Shown here: piece after piece, positions 61,184-64,000 of the stretch
How the letters are laid out: each line of letters begins with the position of its first letter
How positions within the stretch are numbered: position 1 is the first letter of the stretch
Origin: an uncultured delta proteobacterium
Lineage (GTDB): Bacteria > Myxococcota > Myxococcia > SLRQ01
Length of the DNA: 64,000 nucleotides
Reading direction: 5' to 3'
Assembly: GCA_963727485.1 (NCBI GenBank)
Contig: CAVSGM010000002.1
Span: forward strand, 1,056,001 to 1,120,000
Program-made: the position numbers and the translations under genes
The notes under the pieces: model-generated
The model's input: only the letters and a program-made list of their open reading frames with translations
Told to the model about the DNA's origin: nothing
Databases searched by the model: none

Positions 61184-62194
61184 ATGATCGCCGGCGACCT
61201 CGACACCTTCTCCCTGCCCGACCTCCTCCAGTGGGCCGACCTGGCCCGGGCCCAGGGCGTGCTCACGGTGGTGCGCGAGGGGGTGCCGGTGTGGCTGCGC
61301 CTCGAGGGGCGGCAGATCCGCGAGATCTCCCGGGCGCCGGCGTCGAGCCAGGCCCTCCACGAGCTCTCCGAGCGCGCCGCCCACGCCCGGTGGCTGCGCC
61401 TCCCCGAGGCCACCGAGGCCACCGAGCGCGCCCTCGACCTCTTCCTCGAGCCCGGGGGCCGGTTCCGCTTCGCCGACGAGCCGCCCGCGGACGACGGGAT
61501 CGAGGTGGCCCTCGAGCTCCGGGAGCTGGTCTTCGAGGGGATGCGCCACCTCGACGAGTGGCACAAGCTCTCCATCACCTACCCCGACGAGGGCGCCCGG
61601 CTCACCGCCACCGGGGCCGACGCCGAGTCCACCCTCCTGCCGGTGGCCCGGGTGATCCTCCGGGCGGCGGCGCTGTCCCTGTCGCTGGGTGAGGTGCGCC
61701 TGGCGCTGCGGCTCTCGCGACCGGCGATCCTCCGCCGGGTCCACGAGCTGGTCTCGCTCGGCCTGGTCACGGTGGAGGGCGCCACCGGCGGCGCCGACCC
61801 GGTGGCCCGGCTGGTGGCCCAGTCCGAGAGCCTCGCCCGGGAGGGGCAGTACGAGGAGGCGGCCCATGTCCTCCGGGCGGTCCTCGAGTCCGACCCCTCG
61901 GACCACCGGGTGGCGGGGATCCTCGGCGACGTGGAGCGCCGGCACCGGGAGGCGCTGGAGGCGCAGATCGATCTTTCGGCGGTGGTGGTGCTCGCGAACC
62001 CGGCGGCCCGGTCGGCGCCGCGGCTCACGGGCACCGACCGGGAGATCGTCGACCGCATCGACGGCCGCCGGGACGTGAAGTCCATCCTCCTGGCCTCGCC
62101 CCACCGGGAGCTGGAGACCCTCAAGACCCTGGCCAAGCTGGTGAAGCTGGGGCTGGCGGTGCTGGAATCCCCGGGCGCGCGCGACGGCGGCTGA
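61184..62194 (+). CDS. DUF4388 + TPR protein
   Basis: GDLDTFSLPDLLQW....GVLTV, GRFRF, EGMRHLDEW; TPR-like VLESDPSD. Confidence 0.8.
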   Translation: MIAGDLDTFSLPDLLQWADLARAQGVLTVVREGVPVWLRLEGRQIREISRAPASSQALHELSERAAHARWLRLPEATEATERALDLFLEPGGRFRFADEPPADDGIEVALELRELVFEGMRHLDEWHKLSITYPDEGARLTATGADAESTLLPVARVILRAAALSLSLGEVRLALRLSRPAILRRVHELVSLGLVTVEGATGGADPVARLVAQSESLAREGQYEEAAHVLRAVLESDPSDHRVAGILGDVERRHREALEAQIDLSAVVVLANPAARSAPRLTGTDREIVDRIDGRRDVKSILLASPHRELETLKTLAKLVKLGLAVLESPGARDGG

Positions 62195-62236
62195 GGGGCG
62201 TTCCCCGTCGGCGGCGGGTGGTCTAACGTCGATCCC

Positions 62237-63749
62237 ATGACCGACACCGACGACACCCGGAAGCGCTGGCAGCGCATCGCCAAAGACCTCGAGGCCGACC
62301 TCGCCGCCCGGCCGCGCCAGCTGTTCATCGACGGCGCCTTCGTGGACGGCGAGGGCCTCGAGCCCTTCGAGGACTTCAGCCCCGCCACCGGCGCGCGCCT
62401 GGGCCTGGTGCACCAGGGCTCCGCCGCCGACGTGGACCGGGCGGTGGCCGCGGCGCGCCGGGCCTTCGAGGGCCCGTGGCGCACGATGGATCCCTCGCAG
62501 CGCGCCAAGGTGCTGCGGCGCATCGGCGACGCCATCGAGGAGAACGCCGAGGAGCTCGCGGTCCTGGAGTCCCTGGACAACGGCAAGACGGTCTCGGAGG
62601 CCCTGCGCGGCGACCTCCCGCCGGCCTGGGACATCTTCCACTACTACGCCGGCTGGGTCCGCGGCCTCGAGGGCGAGACCATCCCGGTGGACGGCAACTA
62701 CCTGAACCTCACGCTGCGCGAGCCGGTGGGGGTGTGCGGGGCCATCGTCCCCTGGAACTACCCGCTGCTCATCGCCTCCTGGAAGCTCGCCCCGGCGCTC
62801 GCCTGCGGGAACACGGTGGTCCTCAAGCCCAGCGAGCTCACCCCGCTTTCCGCCCTGCGCTTCGCCGAGCTCCTCGAGGACTGCGGGGTGCCCCCGGGGG
62901 TGGTCAACGTGGTCCCCGGCCAAGGCGAGCCCACCGGCGAGGCCCTGGCCCGCCACCCGGACGTGAACAAGATCGCCTTCACCGGCTCGGTGCGCACCGC
63001 CCGGGCGCTGATGCACGCCAGCGCCGACACCAACCTCAAGCGCCTCTCCCTCGAGCTCGGGGGCAAGAGCCCCAACATCCTCTTCGCCGACTGCGACCTC
63101 GACGCGGCGATCCAGAGCGCCTTCAACGGCATCTTCATGAACAAGGGCGAGGTGTGCTCCGCCGGCTCGCGCCTGCTGGTCGAGCGGTCGATCCACGACG
63201 AGGTGGTCGCGCGGCTCTCGGCCAAGGCCAAGGCCCTGCGCCTCGGCGATCCGCTGGACCCCGAGACGGGCATGGGCAGCCAGGTGAGCGAGACCCAGCT
63301 CGCCCGCATCGAGCGCTACGTCCGGGTGGGCGCGGGCGAGGGGCGCATCGTCACCGGCGGCGGCCGGGCCTCGGACGGAGACCTGGCGCGCGGTCTCTAC
63401 TTCCAGCCCACGGTGATCACCGACGTCAAGCCCGAGGCCGCCGTGGCGCAGGAGGAGATCTTCGGGCCGGTGCTGGTGGTGCTTCCTTTCGACTCTGAAG
63501 CCGAGGCGGCCGCAGCTCGCCAACGGCATCGAGTACGGGCTGGTGAGCGCGGTGTGGACGAAGGACGTCGGGCGCGCGGTGCGCATGGCGAGGGCCATCC
63601 AGGCGGGCTCGGTGTGGATCAACACCTACAACGGCTTCGACTCGGCCTCGCCCTTCGGCGGGGTGAAGCTCTCGGGGTGGGGCCGGGACATGGGCAAGCA
63701 GGCGCTGGACAACTACACCCAGACCAAGAGCGTCTGGTTCGCGTACTAG
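62237..63749 (+). CDS. Aldehyde dehydrogenase (indel ~63515)
   Basis: PWNYP, FTGS, LELGGKSP, GEVCSAGSR, EEIFGPV, PFGGVKLSGWGR. Confidence 0.95.
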
Positions 63750-63781
63750 CCTCGGCCTGGCCGTCGCGCCCACGGCATCGG

Positions 63782-63827
63782 TTGCCTTGGGTGCCATCTG
63801 GCCGTTAGCCTCTCCGCCAAATGGCAC
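63782..63827 (+). promoter_or_regulatory. Promoter with inverted-repeat operator
   Basis: TTGCCT-18 nt-TAGCCT; GTGCCATCTGGC (63791-63802) and GCCAAATGGCAC (63816-63827) are an 11/12 inverted repeat. Confidence 0.6.
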
Positions 63828-64000
63828 TCGCGCTCGAAGACCTCCCCGATCGCCTGGTCCCCGGAAACCGCTACGCCGAGCACCTCTTGGGCCTGCGCAA
63901 GCTCGACCCGGTGTCGCTCGCCCGCGCCGTCCACCGGGGGCTGTCCGTCCACGCCCTCACCCGCTTCGCCGCCGCCGCCGGGCTCTCCCCCGAGGACGCC
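63821..64000 (+). CDS. Xre-like antitoxin (RES-Xre / MbcA / ParS type), 3' partial
   Basis: LLGLRKLDPVSLARAVHRGLSVHALTRFAAAAGLS resembles the Xre antitoxin N-terminal HTH; open to the window end. Confidence 0.6.
   Translation, partial: MALALEDLPDRLVPGNRYAEHLLGLRKLDPVSLARAVHRGLSVHALTRFAAAAGLSPEDA

Noticed and set aside
57428..63625. Very long antisense or alternate-frame ORFs (e.g. 2065 aa, and the many Arg/Gly/Pro-rich ORFs)
   Set aside because: Shadow ORFs caused by stop-codon scarcity in high-GC DNA opposite recognisable genes.

Overview
Very GC-rich bacterial chromosome segment, most consistent with Myxococcota/delta-proteobacteria (MYXO-CTERM-like sorting tail, MXAN_5187-C-like protein, DUF4388, tandem lspA pair). 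The sequence carries many single-base indels, four of them in the essential ileS, so apparent frameshifts are best read as long-read errors rather than pseudogenes. Family assignments come from motif recognition only; no searches were run. Contents in order: (1) a lower-GC block (~0.7-6.7 kb) with a giant ZU5/NHL/TSP3 lipoprotein that continues past an in-frame TAG into an HExxH domain, plus an overlapping secreted partner; (2) housekeeping genes msrA, ileS-lspA-lspA-lgt, TerC, DUF502 and tldD-tldE; (3) an orphan N6-adenine MTase translationally coupled to a 3-methyladenine glycosylase; (4) a globin-SDR-TMTC-like GT-OM barrel-Ig/NHL lipoprotein run; (5) an EF-G paralogue-XPB-XPB partner operon; (6) tRNA-Phe(GAA) followed by a ~2.7 kb lower-GC islet with an IS630-like fragment and a HEPN-motif protein; (7) a type IV pilin with a glycine VNTR tail; (8) a ~17 kb beta-1,3-glucan locus (GPH-MFS, GH1, clan GH-A enzyme fused to a putative OM beta-barrel, GH17, GH16, ROK repressor, two Ig/CBM-like lipoproteins, GH149 phosphorylase) with two matching ROK-type operators over sigma70 promoters; (9) DUF4388, an aldehyde dehydrogenase and the start of an Xre-type antitoxin with its own palindromic operator. 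No CRISPR array, rRNA or intact integrase/transposase was seen.
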